A DNA stretch of 33,268 bases, from NCBI GenBank assembly GCA_046262575.1, contig JBHEMN010000072.1:1-33268 (forward strand). Direction: 5' to 3'. This stretch comes from Jatrophihabitantaceae bacterium (lineage in GTDB: Bacteria > Actinomycetota > Actinomycetes > Mycobacteriales > Jatrophihabitantaceae). Position numbers and translations under genes: made by a program. This document shows positions 33,035 through 33,268 of the stretch, in pieces. The notes under the pieces were generated by a model. It searched no databases, was not told the origin of the DNA, and was given only the letters and a program-made list of their open reading frames with translations. The first letter of the stretch is position 1. Each line of letters opens with the position of its first letter.

Positions 33035-33268
33035 TTAGGTCTGCTCGGGGAGGGGCCGGGCGCTCGCAGCCGACGCCGCACTCAAGTGCAGACGGCAGAA
33101 GGCGAGTGCCTCGGCCAGGTCGTCCTCCCGCTCGGTGCGATCCAGGGCGCGGCGGGTGTTGACCTCGACGATCACGTGGCCGGTAAAGCCCCGGGCGGCA
33201 ACGCGTTCGAGCACCTCGACGCAGGGTTGACCCCCGCGTCCAGGAATCAGATGCTCATCCTTCGTCAC
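33035..33268 (-). CDS. Sugar phosphate isomerase/epimerase (xylose isomerase-like TIM barrel) family protein, C-terminal fragment; the 5' end lies beyond the window
   Basis: The C-terminal segment ([32 protein letters not shown]) resembles AP-endonuclease-2/xylose-isomerase-like TIM-barrel proteins (Rv0498 type). The ORF is open to the window edge. Confidence 0.55.
   Translation of the reverse strand: MTKDEHLIPGRGGQPCVEVLERVAARGFTGHVIVEVNTRRALDRTEREDDLAEALAFCRLHLSAASAASARPLPEQT

Noticed and set aside
1-33268. Search for mobile elements, a defence island, toxin-antitoxin pairs, or prophage or integrative signatures
   Set aside because: I recognised no transposase, integrase, recombinase, tRNA attachment site or terminal inverted repeats bounding a segment. 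The excisionase-family HTH at 29741-29995 is the conserved chromosomal Rv0500A/BldC-type gene, not a prophage Xis. Gene content and synteny are those of a core housekeeping region.

Overview
This is a very GC-rich actinobacterial chromosome segment (G+C judged by eye, not computed). It is densely packed and almost entirely a core respiratory-cofactor neighbourhood. Gene calls below rest on motifs I recognise in the translations and on remembered synteny with Mycobacterium Rv0497-Rv0529 and Streptomyces SCO4490-4494; no homology search was run. In window order the genes are as follows. (1) A frameshifted endonuclease/exonuclease/phosphatase (EEP) gene and an SRPBCC gene. (2) A futalosine-pathway menaquinone locus on the minus strand: mqnE-DUF4229, then UbiA-like/UbiX-like/AsnC, then a UbiD-like gene. 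This locus is interrupted by a plus-strand mmpL-tetR cassette and a tandem-DUF427 gene. (3) The System II cytochrome c maturation operon resA-ccdA-resB-ccsA. (4) hemL plus a histidine phosphatase. (5) An HSD10-like SDR. (6) rex-hemA-hemC-(cobA/hemD)-hemB plus a membrane-anchored GNAT. (7) A glutaredoxin-like gene and an acyl-CoA synthetase. (8) A BldN-like ECF sigma factor with a long N-terminal extension, plus a DUF5667-type anti-sigma factor. (9) A SerB-like HAD hydrolase, a DUF2784 protein, the 32-aa ribosomal protein bS22 (too short for the ORF track), and an Rv0500A-like excisionase-family HTH protein. (10) proC preceded by a stand-alone proline dehydrogenase, a membrane-anchored hypothetical protein, and a partial sugar-phosphate isomerase/epimerase. 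Many long ORFs in the track are antisense or upstream-extension artefacts of the high G+C. I trimmed starts using N-terminal homology, SD-like sequences and a recurrent ATGA/GTGA stop-start overlap. I found no tRNA, rRNA, CRISPR array, transposase, integrase or recognisable defence or toxin-antitoxin module. I therefore cannot point to a clear novel multi-gene system. The most unexplained signal is a sequence-conserved palindromic hairpin element present twice. Each copy sits in the only real intercistronic gap of a long respiratory operon (ccsA|ubiD-like and hemD|hemB). Other points worth a second look: a TetR-type operator and promoter in the mqnE/mmpL divergent region; a Rex operator overlapping the rex-hem promoter; an RBS-sequestering hairpin in the HTH gene leader; the pro-sigma-like extension; the PRODH-proC pairing; and several genes of unknown function that are translationally coupled to known genes.
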